Sequence record: MN013077.1
Reading direction: 5' to 3' (one strand)
From: Klebsiella phage vB_KaeM_KaOmega
DNA: 64,000 bases
In this document: piece after piece, positions 38,461-47,487 of the stretch
How positions within the stretch are numbered: the stretch's first letter is position 1
Layout: every line of letters begins with the position of its first letter
The notes under the pieces: model-generated
Databases searched by the model: none
Seen by the model: the letters and a program-made list of their open reading frames with translations, nothing else
What the model was told of the DNA's origin: nothing
Made by a program: the position numbers and the translations under genes

Positions 38461-38797
38461 CCAAAAGCTCCTGCTTGGTTTTTGTGGTTTCGTTCACTTT
38501 CACGTAAACATCCTTAGCGATCGGCTTGTAACAACGATCGTCGGAGAAGATGTATCCGGCCTGTTTGGCTTCGTACTTCTCGCACGTTGCATAGTGGCGC
38601 TTATAGTCGCTGTAGTCCATACGGATGATTAGCGGAGACAAGAGGAACCCCCAAAAAATAACCCCAACCCCCACACCTGCCAGTTTATATTTCCATGACT
38701 CACCGAGGCCCTGTACAAATCCAAAAAGTGCGCCTGCAATCACGAACACCAGGATAAATTCAGCGTTTTGAATCAAAAACTCAAAGAAACCGATCAT
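38450..38797 (-). CDS. membrane protein
   Basis: 115 aa with 2-3 TM segments. Confidence 0.45.
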   Translation of the reverse strand: MIGFFEFLIQNAEFILVFVIAGALFGFVQGLGESWKYKLAGVGVGVIFWGFLLSPLIIRMDYSDYKRHYATCEKYEAKQAGYIFSDDRCYKPIAKDVYVKVNETTKTKQELLDAK

Positions 38798-38806
38798 CTA
38801 CTTCTC

Positions 38807-38992
38807 CTATTTTAAATTTTTCTGAAGGTTGTCAACTTGATTTTCAAGTTCCTTGGCAAGGGTCAGTGCCTTGTTGTGGTACTTGTCTTTGAACGCCTGC
38901 TTGGTCGTCCATTTCAGCCCGGGGGCTGTGATAATCGCCATCATCAGCGAAATACCAAATAACTTAACGGCTTTTGAGAATAAACCCTTCAT
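38807..38992 (-). CDS. small membrane protein
   Basis: 61 aa with 1 TM segment. Confidence 0.4.
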   Translation of the reverse strand: MKGLFSKAVKLFGISLMMAIITAPGLKWTTKQAFKDKYHNKALTLAKELENQVDNLQKNLK

Positions 38993-39000
38993 GATCCTCC

Positions 39001-39222
39001 TTAAAAATCAAACTGTTTAGTTAACTTTTTCATCGTGCCTTGATATGACGGGTGCAGTTTGTAATTGCACCCCTTCTCAACACACCAATCCGAAGCCGGG
39101 TTACGAAGAGCCACCAAACCACACCAGGCGCAGACTTGCTTGCCTGCGTGTTTGTCCAGATAGAAGTGGTGACGCTCATAATGGTACTCTTCTTTCTGGC
39201 TCTTGTCTACCTTTTTCACCAT
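39001..39222 (-). CDS. small zinc-ribbon-like protein
   Basis: 73 aa with CAWCG...C..KGC. Confidence 0.45.
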   Translation of the reverse strand: MVKKVDKSQKEEYHYERHHFYLDKHAGKQVCAWCGLVALRNPASDWCVEKGCNYKLHPSYQGTMKKLTKQFDF

Positions 39223-39890
39223 CCGAATTTCTCCGTGGGGAGATAAACTTGCTGCTGGTTACGCAGCACCAAACGCAGATCCTTTTGTGGCTCAAGGTAG
39301 TCAGTCTCGGTCACACGGATAAGGTAGCGCCAGCCGGGCGCACGGGCCTGCTGTGCGGTGTGAAGTTCCCACCAGTCCCATTCCACCACCTGACCATCGG
39401 GGGCGTTGTAGGTGTCGAGGAGGCCCTTATTATCCATCTCGCAAACCTGACTGGAGATTCCAGCGTACAGGTTCGGGAGGTTCTCTGTGACCAAGTTGAT
39501 ATTGCGTGAGGCAATGAACTTCGTCGGACAGTCTCCGCCAACTACCAGCAGATGGTATCGTGGAGAGTCCGCTCCGATCTGCATGTGGATGTGCGGAGCA
39601 CCCGACGCTGGAGACAGAGTTTTACCACCACGAGGAACACCGTCGGTGTGCCAGCCCGGGATCGCCGGGATCATTCCAGGCATCAGCATGTGGGTCTTAA
39701 CATCAACCACAATATGCTTTTTATCGCCACGGAGATTCATCGCTTGCAGGGCGGCTCGGGTAACATCCCCTCCGAATCGGAAAGCATCATCGAAGGATGC
39801 GTTCCACAGGCCCTGTGTGTTCTTGATGTCGTCCTGAGACGGCTTCTCGATCTTATTGCCAAACTGTACTTCGCCACGGTTAAATTTCAT
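39216..39890 (-). CDS. putative 2OG-Fe(II) dioxygenase-fold protein
   Basis: WHTDG (HxD), then ~95 aa later H followed by R at +5 and +10 (ELHTAQQARAPGWRYLIRV). The geometry is AlkB/TET-like; called from motif spacing only. Confidence 0.35.
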   Translation of the reverse strand: MKFNRGEVQFGNKIEKPSQDDIKNTQGLWNASFDDAFRFGGDVTRAALQAMNLRGDKKHIVVDVKTHMLMPGMIPAIPGWHTDGVPRGGKTLSPASGAPHIHMQIGADSPRYHLLVVGGDCPTKFIASRNINLVTENLPNLYAGISSQVCEMDNKGLLDTYNAPDGQVVEWDWWELHTAQQARAPGWRYLIRVTETDYLEPQKDLRLVLRNQQQVYLPTEKFGW

Positions 39891-39899
39891 TTCGTCACC

Positions 39900-40145
39900 T
39901 CATTGATATTGGGCTTTCCAGGTAATTCGTCCGGTCTTGCACACAAACTTATCTTCCACCACCAATCCGCTGAACGCTCCGTCCGGGGCATTGACAACAG
40001 AGTTGACCATTCTCTGCTCCCCGGTCTTTACGCAACCGTCTTGGTAGTCCTGATACTCTTGCATTCCGTAACTGACAAGAGAGATTATAATCAAACAGCC
40101 GATTAAAGTAAACCACAATTTGAACCAAATGCTGCTGTTTTTCAT
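39900..40145 (-). CDS. small secreted or lipoprotein candidate
   Basis: A signal peptide with LIGC. Confidence 0.4.
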   Translation of the reverse strand: MKNSSIWFKLWFTLIGCLIIISLVSYGMQEYQDYQDGCVKTGEQRMVNSVVNAPDGAFSGLVVEDKFVCKTGRITWKAQYQ

Positions 40146-40375
40146 GATAATACCCCTGCATAAATGTCGATAGCTTCCTCTTTCGAGATGTGTCCGTTTA
40201 CCGTGTGTACTTCCTGTTTCAGGCAGTATTTACACACCCTCGACACCTGAGTTTCATGGCTCTGTGGGACCACATATGTCGGGGTGTCGTGATGCCGGGT
40301 GATCTGAAGGGCCTCTGTTACTCTCCAGTTGTGCATGACACATTCGTCTTTCTTTTTTGTCGTGAACCAACCCAT
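40142..40375 (-). CDS. small Cys/His-rich protein (start trimmed to an internal Met to remove an overlap)
   Basis: The ORF is open to 40492; VCKYC and H residues. Confidence 0.35.
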   Translation of the reverse strand: MGWFTTKKKDECVMHNWRVTEALQITRHHDTPTYVVPQSHETQVSRVCKYCLKQEVHTVNGHISKEEAIDIYAGVLS

Positions 40376-40376
40376 C

Positions 40377-40595
40377 TTACACCCCCGGTGGTAAGGTAAC
40401 GCCGCCAACGCTGCGGCAACGTGACAGGTATGCGGTGTTGGCCCGAGTAGCCTGATCCCTAAGCTCGTCGTTCTCTTTGGCTTGGTATTCAATGAACTTT
40501 AGCATTTCCCACAACTTGTCAATAAGTACATCCTTCTTCAAGGATTTCCAGTGTTTACGGAAGGCGACCTCGTCTTCACTCATCAGTCTTTTCAT
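40377..40595 (-). CDS. small charged helical protein (start trimmed; TAATG coupling)
   Basis: The ORF is open to 40679. Confidence 0.35.
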   Translation of the reverse strand: MKRLMSEDEVAFRKHWKSLKKDVLIDKLWEMLKFIEYQAKENDELRDQATRANTAYLSRCRSVGGVTLPPGV

Positions 40596-40963
40596 TACAG
40601 TTTCCTCATTTTCTTGATGTTTTTTGGGGACACGTAAGAGATATTGTTGAAAATCTTCATCTCTTCTGTGGTTACGCATACATTATCTGTTTCTGCACAG
40701 AACGTACTGCCGAGCCAAACGTACATGCAGCGATCATCGCCGATGCCGAAGCATGGCTTATCCCGGAGGTCACCGAAGATAAAGTTTTCATCCTTGCCCA
40801 TCGGTTTTCCGTCGATAAAGATAATATACCCATCGTCCTTGAGTTGCTGAATCTCAAAGGCCCGGTCAAAACCCTTCATGAAGCGACGGTATGAAGACTT
40901 ATTCATGAAATCACTTTCGTGAATGATTGCAGAACTTACCTGTGTGATTTTGGTGTTGTTCAT
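40595..40963 (-). CDS. hypothetical protein, first gene of a transcription unit
   Basis: 122 aa with an AAGAGGAAAAG RBS, downstream of the promoter at 40993-41021. Confidence 0.5.
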   Translation of the reverse strand: MNNTKITQVSSAIIHESDFMNKSSYRRFMKGFDRAFEIQQLKDDGYIIFIDGKPMGKDENFIFGDLRDKPCFGIGDDRCMYVWLGSTFCAETDNVCVTTEEMKIFNNISYVSPKNIKKMRKL

Positions 40964-40992
40964 GTCTTTTCCTCTTTGTTGTCGATGAGAGG

Positions 40993-41021
40993 ATTATGCG
41001 GGAAATCAGGAGGGAAGTCAA
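40993..41021 (-). promoter_or_regulatory. sigma70 promoter (leftward)
   Basis: On the - strand: TTGACT, 17-nt spacer, CATAAT, immediately after a terminator. Confidence 0.6.
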
Positions 41022-41028
41022 CAATTTT

Positions 41029-41060
41029 GTGCAAATAAAAAGGCCACCCGAAGGTGGCCT
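41029..41060 (-). terminator. rho-independent terminator (leftward)
   Basis: aggccacc-cgaa-ggtggcct with a U-tract on the - strand. Confidence 0.75.
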
Positions 41061-41065
41061 TAATC

Positions 41066-41467
41066 TTATTCAGCGTCCAGCGCCGCCAGTTCCGCACGAA
41101 GCTCTTCTGGGGTCTTGGATTGAACTTCACGCTGCTCGGCTTCCGCCAGGGCGTTGATCAGTTTCTGACGCTGCGCTGCTTTGGTCTGTGCCGCCACGCG
41201 TTCTGCCGCTTCGGTCTCTTTCACGCCGATCACGTGCTTAACGATCTCCAGCTTCAGTTCCAAGTCTTTACGCACAGCGTTCTTGTTCTGCGACAGGAAA
41301 GACTCTTCCTTCTCTGCATTGATCTGACGGTTGATACCCTTCGCCACTTCGTCCAGCGCCGTCAGTGACAGGTCGAACAGGTCTTCAGTCGCCAGCGACG
41401 CGAAGCGCGGGGAAGCGAAACGGATTTTTGCACGTGCTGCGATTTCAAAGATGTTGGTAGTAGACAT
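41066..41467 (-). CDS. hypothetical coiled-coil protein
   Basis: 133 aa. Confidence 0.5.
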   Translation of the reverse strand: MSTTNIFEIAARAKIRFASPRFASLATEDLFDLSLTALDEVAKGINRQINAEKEESFLSQNKNAVRKDLELKLEIVKHVIGVKETEAAERVAAQTKAAQRQKLINALAEAEQREVQSKTPEELRAELAALDAE

Positions 41468-41528
41468 TGTATTTCTCCTCAGTAATTAAGTTCGGGTTCA
41501 TTATGGGGCCTTTCGGCCCCGTTGTCAA

Positions 41529-43532
41529 TCAGAAAATCACTTTCAGTGTGCGGGTGAATGCACCAGTCACTTTCACCGTCAGTTCGTTACGCTGGGTGTC
41601 GGAGAAGCCCAGGCCTGACAGTTGGTCGTCAGAAGCCGGAACCTTCATCTTACCTGCCAGATGCTCGAACACTTTACGGTGCTCGTTCAGTTCGTTACGC
41701 AGATACTCGTTGTAGAAACCGCGAGTAGTGCCTGGCTGCTTCGCACCTTCCAGCATGAAGAAGTAGTGCTTGTTACCGACTGCCTGACCGTCCCAGTGGT
41801 TAGGTGAGTTCATCACCACGGAAACCTTCTGGAACTGCTCGGTAGCCATGCCCCAAACGTCTTTAGACTGCTTGCTGTGTGGCAGAGATTCGATGACCTC
41901 TACGCCGCCCTTACGGGTATAACGGAAGGTGATCACGTCCACATTGCTGCCGCGAGCCATCGCCTGTGGGCGGTTGAACTCCAGCGTCGTATTGCCATGC
42001 TCCAGTTGCAGAGTAAAGCCAATACGGTCACGAGAGCGGACATTGTACTGATTCACCCACACCTTGTAAATACCTTCTTGGATCTGGTCTTCACGTTCGA
42101 AGATGATGTTCTCAACCGGGTTAAGATCGTCATGTTTGTCCATGCCGTTCATATCCAGATCCAAGTACGCACCAGACCCACGGCGGTTCCCGTAGTACAG
42201 ATGGTCACCACGAGGTGTACGCATGTGCAGGTCGAGGTCATCGCCGTTGCTCCACGCAAGGGAGACACGCAGGGCACCCTCAACTTTACCACCTGCCGCT
42301 TTAACACGCTCTTTGATGGAGTCCGTCACCTCACCGTTGTAAGACCAAGAGAAGTTGTTGTCCCACTTCAGCATGTTTGGTGCATCCGGATATACCGGGG
42401 CCACCAGAGAAACCAGATTACCAGTGTGGCGGTTTTCAACCAGCGCTTCGATGCTTGTCGCCGTCGGCAGAACTTCACGGATGAATTTCTCGATGGAGAT
42501 CTCTTCCACATTTGCCGGGCCTTTCACTGGCTTCTTCGCGCCTTTCAGCAGGTCACCGAACACGTCTGTGGCCTTCTGGGTGCTGCGGTCAGCGAACAGA
42601 ACGTTGTTCACGGTCAGGTCTTCCAGCACAGCGTAGCGGCGTGGCAGAGAGTCCATTAGACCCAGTTCCTGAACCTTCTCTTGTGCCTTTTTGATCATCG
42701 CTTCGGTAACCAGTGCCGTAGGACGCTTGTAGTTTGCCGGGGCCATAACCTTTTCCCAACGCTTAACCGCAGATTCGATATCCATGCCACCGGACAGATC
42801 TTCCAGCAGGGTGCCGATCGCAGTATTACGGAACTTACCTCGCTCGCCCAGCTTCAGGCCGTTTGTCCACACGAACGCTTCTTTACCTGCGGCATCCAGA
42901 GCGTCATATTTGTTCTTCAGGTCGAGGAACAGGTTGACGCTGGCGATCTGCTCGTTACCACGGTACAGGGAACCCTGTGCGTTCAGTTCAATGATCGTTT
43001 CTGCTGCGTCGGCAGTCAGTTCAATCAGGCTGCGCTCCAGAACCTGCACGTTGCTACGAGAGCGGCTCAGGGCAGTTGCGATGTCAGCGTTTGGTTTCAC
43101 AAAGTTCTGCGGCAGAACGGCGTGGAAGTGGTTATACGTCACGACCTGATCGTTTTCCAGAACGTTGCTCTGCGCCGTGCCCACTTTAGTGGTGAAGTGC
43201 AGGAACTCGTCAGCGATCGGTGCTGCATGGATCAGTTTGGACAGTGCGTCAACAACGGTCTGGTAGTAACCCGGCACTTTGATGTCCCAGATGGATACAC
43301 GCTTTCCATCAACGAAGGTCACGACACGACCCACATCACGGATGAACTGTTTGCAGCAGTTGCAGTCGTACTCACGGCGCTCACGGAACACGAGGTTGGT
43401 GCCCGCCGGGAATGAATCCAGATAGTGGTTCCACACCGCATCTTTATCAGCGGCAACTTCAAACAGGCCAGTCTTAGCCATTTTGGTCAGTTGTTTCTGG
43501 ATAGCCAGCACGAAGTTATGATAGTTGTTCAT
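41529..43532 (-). CDS. large hypothetical protein (667 aa) with an N-terminal CNCC cluster
   Basis: Long, confident ORF with an AGGAG RBS. I recognise no motif with confidence. Confidence 0.6.
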   Translation of the reverse strand: MNNYHNFVLAIQKQLTKMAKTGLFEVAADKDAVWNHYLDSFPAGTNLVFRERREYDCNCCKQFIRDVGRVVTFVDGKRVSIWDIKVPGYYQTVVDALSKLIHAAPIADEFLHFTTKVGTAQSNVLENDQVVTYNHFHAVLPQNFVKPNADIATALSRSRSNVQVLERSLIELTADAAETIIELNAQGSLYRGNEQIASVNLFLDLKNKYDALDAAGKEAFVWTNGLKLGERGKFRNTAIGTLLEDLSGGMDIESAVKRWEKVMAPANYKRPTALVTEAMIKKAQEKVQELGLMDSLPRRYAVLEDLTVNNVLFADRSTQKATDVFGDLLKGAKKPVKGPANVEEISIEKFIREVLPTATSIEALVENRHTGNLVSLVAPVYPDAPNMLKWDNNFSWSYNGEVTDSIKERVKAAGGKVEGALRVSLAWSNGDDLDLHMRTPRGDHLYYGNRRGSGAYLDLDMNGMDKHDDLNPVENIIFEREDQIQEGIYKVWVNQYNVRSRDRIGFTLQLEHGNTTLEFNRPQAMARGSNVDVITFRYTRKGGVEVIESLPHSKQSKDVWGMATEQFQKVSVVMNSPNHWDGQAVGNKHYFFMLEGAKQPGTTRGFYNEYLRNELNEHRKVFEHLAGKMKVPASDDQLSGLGFSDTQRNELTVKVTGAFTRTLKVIF

Positions 43533-43563
43533 TTAAATCTCCTCAGTGAATTAATCGGGTTGC

Positions 43564-43848
43564 TTACTTAACTGTTACGAAGTCTACACCAGCTTGCTCA
43601 AGGATGTCAATACGTAATTGACGTTCTTTTTTACGGTAGTCGTTTTTCAGAGACTCCCGCTGTCTGTTAAGGGTATTGTACTGATCATCCGGGAAAATAC
43701 GGATTACCGACTCGGCGGAGAAAATGCCAAGTCCTTCAGCCCGGACCCCTCCATTATTGAGCAGTTTGCCCTTGGCGACAACATAGTATGGGAATACATC
43801 ATACTTCACAATTGCCGTCACTGACGGCAGCAGGTCATCAGGATTCAT
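43564..43848 (-). CDS. hypothetical protein (start trimmed to a Met with a GGAGGG RBS)
   Basis: The ORF is open to 43965. Confidence 0.4.
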   Translation of the reverse strand: MNPDDLLPSVTAIVKYDVFPYYVVAKGKLLNNGGVRAEGLGIFSAESVIRIFPDDQYNTLNRQRESLKNDYRKKERQLRIDILEQAGVDFVTVK

Positions 43849-44029
43849 CAGACTTGCCCTCCACTTTTCCAACATACACCATATCCAGCTTACTGCTGAA
43901 TGTTTCGAGGCCGAGTTCATAAACCCCGTTCTCAACCAGACCAACACCCGGGATTTCGTGGTCAATAACTTTTCCGGTGATGGTCCCGTCAGGGTGAATA
44001 GTCACTTGGGCCAGTGCTTTAAATGACAT
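43838..44029 (-). CDS. small protein
   Basis: 63 aa. Confidence 0.4.
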   Translation of the reverse strand: MSFKALAQVTIHPDGTITGKVIDHEIPGVGLVENGVYELGLETFSSKLDMVYVGKVEGKSDES

Positions 44030-44186
44030 AATCCGTCTCCTTTATCTTTGTCAGATCTTTTATCAGTTGTGCCAGAGAATAGTTCTTTGCCACCCAGGTG
44101 TTGTCTTTGCCAACTCGTTCCGGGTCACCAAGATATTGCACTATTTCTTCCAGCGTGTCAAACGATTTATTCGGACGAATTTTCAT
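44019..44186 (-). CDS. small protein (trimmed start, GGGAGGAG RBS)
   Basis: The ORF is open to 44297. Confidence 0.35.
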   Translation of the reverse strand: MKIRPNKSFDTLEEIVQYLGDPERVGKDNTWVAKNYSLAQLIKDLTKIKETDYVI

Positions 44187-44469
44187 TTTTCCACTCCTGA
44201 AACTCCTCCCACTCCGCAAACCAACGGTTGTACTTGGCGAAAGCCTTGTCCGCACGGTCTTTGACGGTAAACTTACCCGGGATGTGGTAAATGTCACCAG
44301 CCATCACCAGTGCCGGGTCGATGCTTCCCGGCCCGACGATCCAGATTTTCCAGTTCGGGGTGAATGGATCGTTGTCGTACTCCAGCCGCATTCCCGCCGG
44401 GGCGTAGTTTTTCTTGGCAAACTTCTCTTTTGCTGCATCAAGCTGGTCGAAGAAATCTTCTTTGTTCAT
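44167..44469 (-). CDS. hypothetical protein
   Basis: 100 aa, Trp-rich. Confidence 0.5.
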   Translation of the reverse strand: MNKEDFFDQLDAAKEKFAKKNYAPAGMRLEYDNDPFTPNWKIWIVGPGSIDPALVMAGDIYHIPGKFTVKDRADKAFAKYNRWFAEWEEFQEWKNENSSE

Positions 44470-44691
44470 TTATTCCTCCACTGGGACAGTTAACCCCGCC
44501 ATGTAGTGCCGGGCAACTTGGAGTCCCAGCCTCTCCTGCGGGGTGGACTCATTGAATCCCTCTCCCATCATTTGTCTTAATTGATACTGAGTGACGGCAG
44601 ACTTGATTGTCTCCTCGTAACACTCAATTTCAACCGTGAACTTTACGATTTTCTTGGTCATGGTGACCTCCTTCGTTTCGATAAGGGGCAT
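44470..44691 (-). CDS. small protein, first gene after the promoter
   Basis: 73 aa with a GAAGGAGG RBS. Confidence 0.5.
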   Translation of the reverse strand: MPLIETKEVTMTKKIVKFTVEIECYEETIKSAVTQYQLRQMMGEGFNESTPQERLGLQVARHYMAGLTVPVEE

Positions 44692-44717
44692 ATTACCAGA
44701 ATGAATCTGGACGTCAA
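44690..44717 (-). promoter_or_regulatory. sigma70 promoter (leftward)
   Basis: On the - strand: TTGACG, 16-nt spacer, TAATAT, then a GAAGGAGG RBS. Confidence 0.6.
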
Positions 44718-44730
44718 TACTTTTCTTCAG

Positions 44731-44760
44731 ATAATAAAAAACCGCCCCGAAGGGCGGTTC
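44731..44760 (-). terminator. rho-independent terminator after the DNA polymerase gene
   Basis: aaccgccc-cgaa-gggcggtt with a U-tract on the - strand. Confidence 0.8.
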
Positions 44761-44763
44761 TGA

Positions 44764-47427
44764 TCAGTGACAATCTCCCCAACTTGTTCCCGTCAGGTAT
44801 TCGCCTGTGATGTGGACTGGAGACTTCATCATCTTCGCAGCCTGTTCAACACATTTCACGACCATTTGTCCCACCGGGCAATGGATGATCGTATAAACAC
44901 CGTTCTCGTCTGGATCACACTTGAACTTACCTTCTTTCACACAGTGACCATCCAGAACCAGACCTTTCGCCAGGCACTGTTCAACAAAGGCTTTTGCCGT
45001 CGCCTCGTCGTTGAACTTCCATTCCTTTTTGAACTTGTGCGGCACCTCAAGCTGGTATTCATCGTGGTAGTAGATGATACGGCGGACGCCTTCATCATAC
45101 CAACCTCGTTTAACCAACTGCCAGTGCAACAGGATACCAACCAAGTCGAACAGGGCGGCACCGCCGTTCTGCTGGTATGCGTTCAGCAGGGAGTGTTTGG
45201 ATCGGGTGTAGATCTTACGACCATCAAGACCGTAGATAAACCGTTTCCCAGTCAACTCCCAGAACTTCTCAAGGGCTTCTTTACGACCTTTCAAGCCGAT
45301 GTTGCTATCCCAGAATGCGTCGATTACCGCCTGTGCTTTGTCGAGGGAAATACCCAACATAGAGGCGATCTTCGCCGCTTGGGCACCGTACATGATGCCA
45401 TATGTTACACCCTTACCTTCACCACGGGAAACCTTCTTGCCTGCTGCTTTGGTATACGCTTCAGCGTTTCGGCTGTGGGCATCCCCGGATTCCATGATGC
45501 GGAGATAAGCGCCCCCGTCGAACTCATAAGCACCCCATGCCGCGATCATACCTTCGAGGTTTGACCCGTCGATACCCACCTGATACTTCCCTTCCGACGC
45601 CTTGAACAGCGCTCGCATTTCCTTGCCCAGCAGAACCTTCTCGTCTGGTTTCGGAACGTTAGCCACGATCGTGTGCTTACGGCGTCCGGTGTTGGTAATA
45701 CCGGAATAACGCGCCGGGAGCTTCCCGTCAATACGCAGTCGTGGGTGGTTCAACCATCCCGTATCAACCTTGTCTTCCTTGAGCGGGTCAAGTACAGAAC
45801 GGCGGTTTCGCAGGGAGAGCCATTTCACGATCTGCTTCGCCATATGACCATCAACCTTCTCAAGGTTAGGGCACAGGCCGCTCATATCCTTCAACTGAGG
45901 AGATGTGGGCAGACCACGGGCTTTACGGCGGAGGAGTTTATACATCTTCTCCTTGTCCTGCCACGCCTTCAGAGTGATCCCGAGGTACTCCAAGATCAAA
46001 TCCCGGTACTCAACTTGGTCCAACTGCTCGATGTACTCACGCACAAGGCCGTCAACCTCGTTGTCAGGGCGCTGTTTCTTAAACTGGTCCTTGGTAACAT
46101 CTTTACTGCGCCACAGTGTAGGCTTCCACCCTGCATCGCGGATCAGGAACTTCTTCACGTCGTCCTGGTTACCGATTCGCATCGGGATCATGATGTCCGG
46201 CATAGTCTGATTCTTCAGGTCCAACATTGCTCGTGCCATGTCCTCTGGTGAGAGAGGGATCAGGGTCGTTTGCTTGTTGTTCTGGTCCCGGATAAACTGT
46301 GGCATCGCTGCCTCATCCTCGACACCATGCTCATTGCAATACTTGATTGCTGCCGCTGTCAGGCTACCATCGGCCTTGAACGACTTCGCCGGAGGCCCTT
46401 TGAAATCGAGGGCCTCCCAGTTGACGTTGTATCCCAACTTCTCAAGCCACTTCCACCCGGTCCCGGACAGGGAGCCGTCACCCTTGAAAGGTTTTGATGG
46501 GAACGTGGGCTGTGCCGACTTCGCCATCTCTTTCTTCGGGAGGTGTGGTTCAACGTCCCCCTCAATGTCACGCATCATTGTGTCGATACGATCACGGAGT
46601 TTCAGAGCCGCCTCTTCGTCGAATGTTACGCCTTGGATCTCCTGCTCGATCATCAGGTAGTCTGTGAGCATACCACGGCGCAGGCCATTCTTCCAGTTGA
46701 TCAGCTTGTACTTCTTGGCGTCCTTATCTTTATCTTCATCCTTGTACATGAAGCGTTTGTCATCCACCAACTTGCCGTCGCAGGCGATCTCCTCCATGAG
46801 GGCCGTCCACACCATTTCGTTGATGATAACGTCTTCGATGATACGATCGCAATACTTCCACAGCGGCAGGCCTCGCCAGTCTTCGATTGCCACTTTTTGG
46901 TTGGCAACACGCATACCCCAGGCTTCCAAGCCGTGGGGGCCGACAGGTTTCATCTTCCCGGTTACCGGGTTCTTTACCATCTCAGGACAGCCACGGGGTA
47001 GTGGTCGGTCCGGGTAAAGAGTTCGAGACATTGATAAAGTATCGAACAGGTTGACCTGTTTGCCGTTCAGGGTGCCCATGCACTTGGGATCACCGAACAT
47101 ATCATACTGCGTCCCCAGCATCTTTTTGAACAGACGTAGGTCGTAGCCGAACAGGTTGTGGATCGCAATTGAGCGAGGCTCAGTCTTGAACCAATCGTTC
47201 AACTCCTCAAAGGTGCGGATCTTGAAGTTCTTCCCTTTCGACTCGATGAACTTGATGGCCTGATCGTACCCTTCCCGGTTGGGATCGAGGAAGATATTCC
47301 AGTTATCGACCTTATACTCCTTGAACAGGATCACGTGAAGCTGGTCCACCTCATCGAGCAGACCGTTCGCTTCCGCATCCCCTACAAACAACCCTTTCAT
47401 ACTCTCTCCTTTTTGGCATACCTCCAC
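44764..47427 (-). CDS. DNA polymerase, family A (T7-like) with 3'-5' exonuclease
   Basis: 887 aa with Exo I FVGDAEANG (DxE), motif A IDGSNLEGM and motif B RGEGKGVTYGIMYG. Confidence 0.93.
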   Translation of the reverse strand: MEVCQKGESMKGLFVGDAEANGLLDEVDQLHVILFKEYKVDNWNIFLDPNREGYDQAIKFIESKGKNFKIRTFEELNDWFKTEPRSIAIHNLFGYDLRLFKKMLGTQYDMFGDPKCMGTLNGKQVNLFDTLSMSRTLYPDRPLPRGCPEMVKNPVTGKMKPVGPHGLEAWGMRVANQKVAIEDWRGLPLWKYCDRIIEDVIINEMVWTALMEEIACDGKLVDDKRFMYKDEDKDKDAKKYKLINWKNGLRRGMLTDYLMIEQEIQGVTFDEEAALKLRDRIDTMMRDIEGDVEPHLPKKEMAKSAQPTFPSKPFKGDGSLSGTGWKWLEKLGYNVNWEALDFKGPPAKSFKADGSLTAAAIKYCNEHGVEDEAAMPQFIRDQNNKQTTLIPLSPEDMARAMLDLKNQTMPDIMIPMRIGNQDDVKKFLIRDAGWKPTLWRSKDVTKDQFKKQRPDNEVDGLVREYIEQLDQVEYRDLILEYLGITLKAWQDKEKMYKLLRRKARGLPTSPQLKDMSGLCPNLEKVDGHMAKQIVKWLSLRNRRSVLDPLKEDKVDTGWLNHPRLRIDGKLPARYSGITNTGRRKHTIVANVPKPDEKVLLGKEMRALFKASEGKYQVGIDGSNLEGMIAAWGAYEFDGGAYLRIMESGDAHSRNAEAYTKAAGKKVSRGEGKGVTYGIMYGAQAAKIASMLGISLDKAQAVIDAFWDSNIGLKGRKEALEKFWELTGKRFIYGLDGRKIYTRSKHSLLNAYQQNGGAALFDLVGILLHWQLVKRGWYDEGVRRIIYYHDEYQLEVPHKFKKEWKFNDEATAKAFVEQCLAKGLVLDGHCVKEGKFKCDPDENGVYTIIHCPVGQMVVKCVEQAAKMMKSPVHITGEYLTGTSWGDCH

Positions 47428-47487
47428 TCAGGATATCCCAATGCCTCGTAAATATCAACCTATCAATTCCCCCTTGGGAGAAGATCC

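Noticed and set aside
41529-43532. 667-aa protein as a tRNA-guanine-transglycosylase-like 7-deazaguanine enzyme (DpdA) or as a ligase
   Set aside because: The Cys cluster is N-terminal with CxCC spacing, not the C-terminal CxCxxC...H of TGT enzymes. No KxDG ligase motif and no queC/queD/queE/folE partners are in the window.
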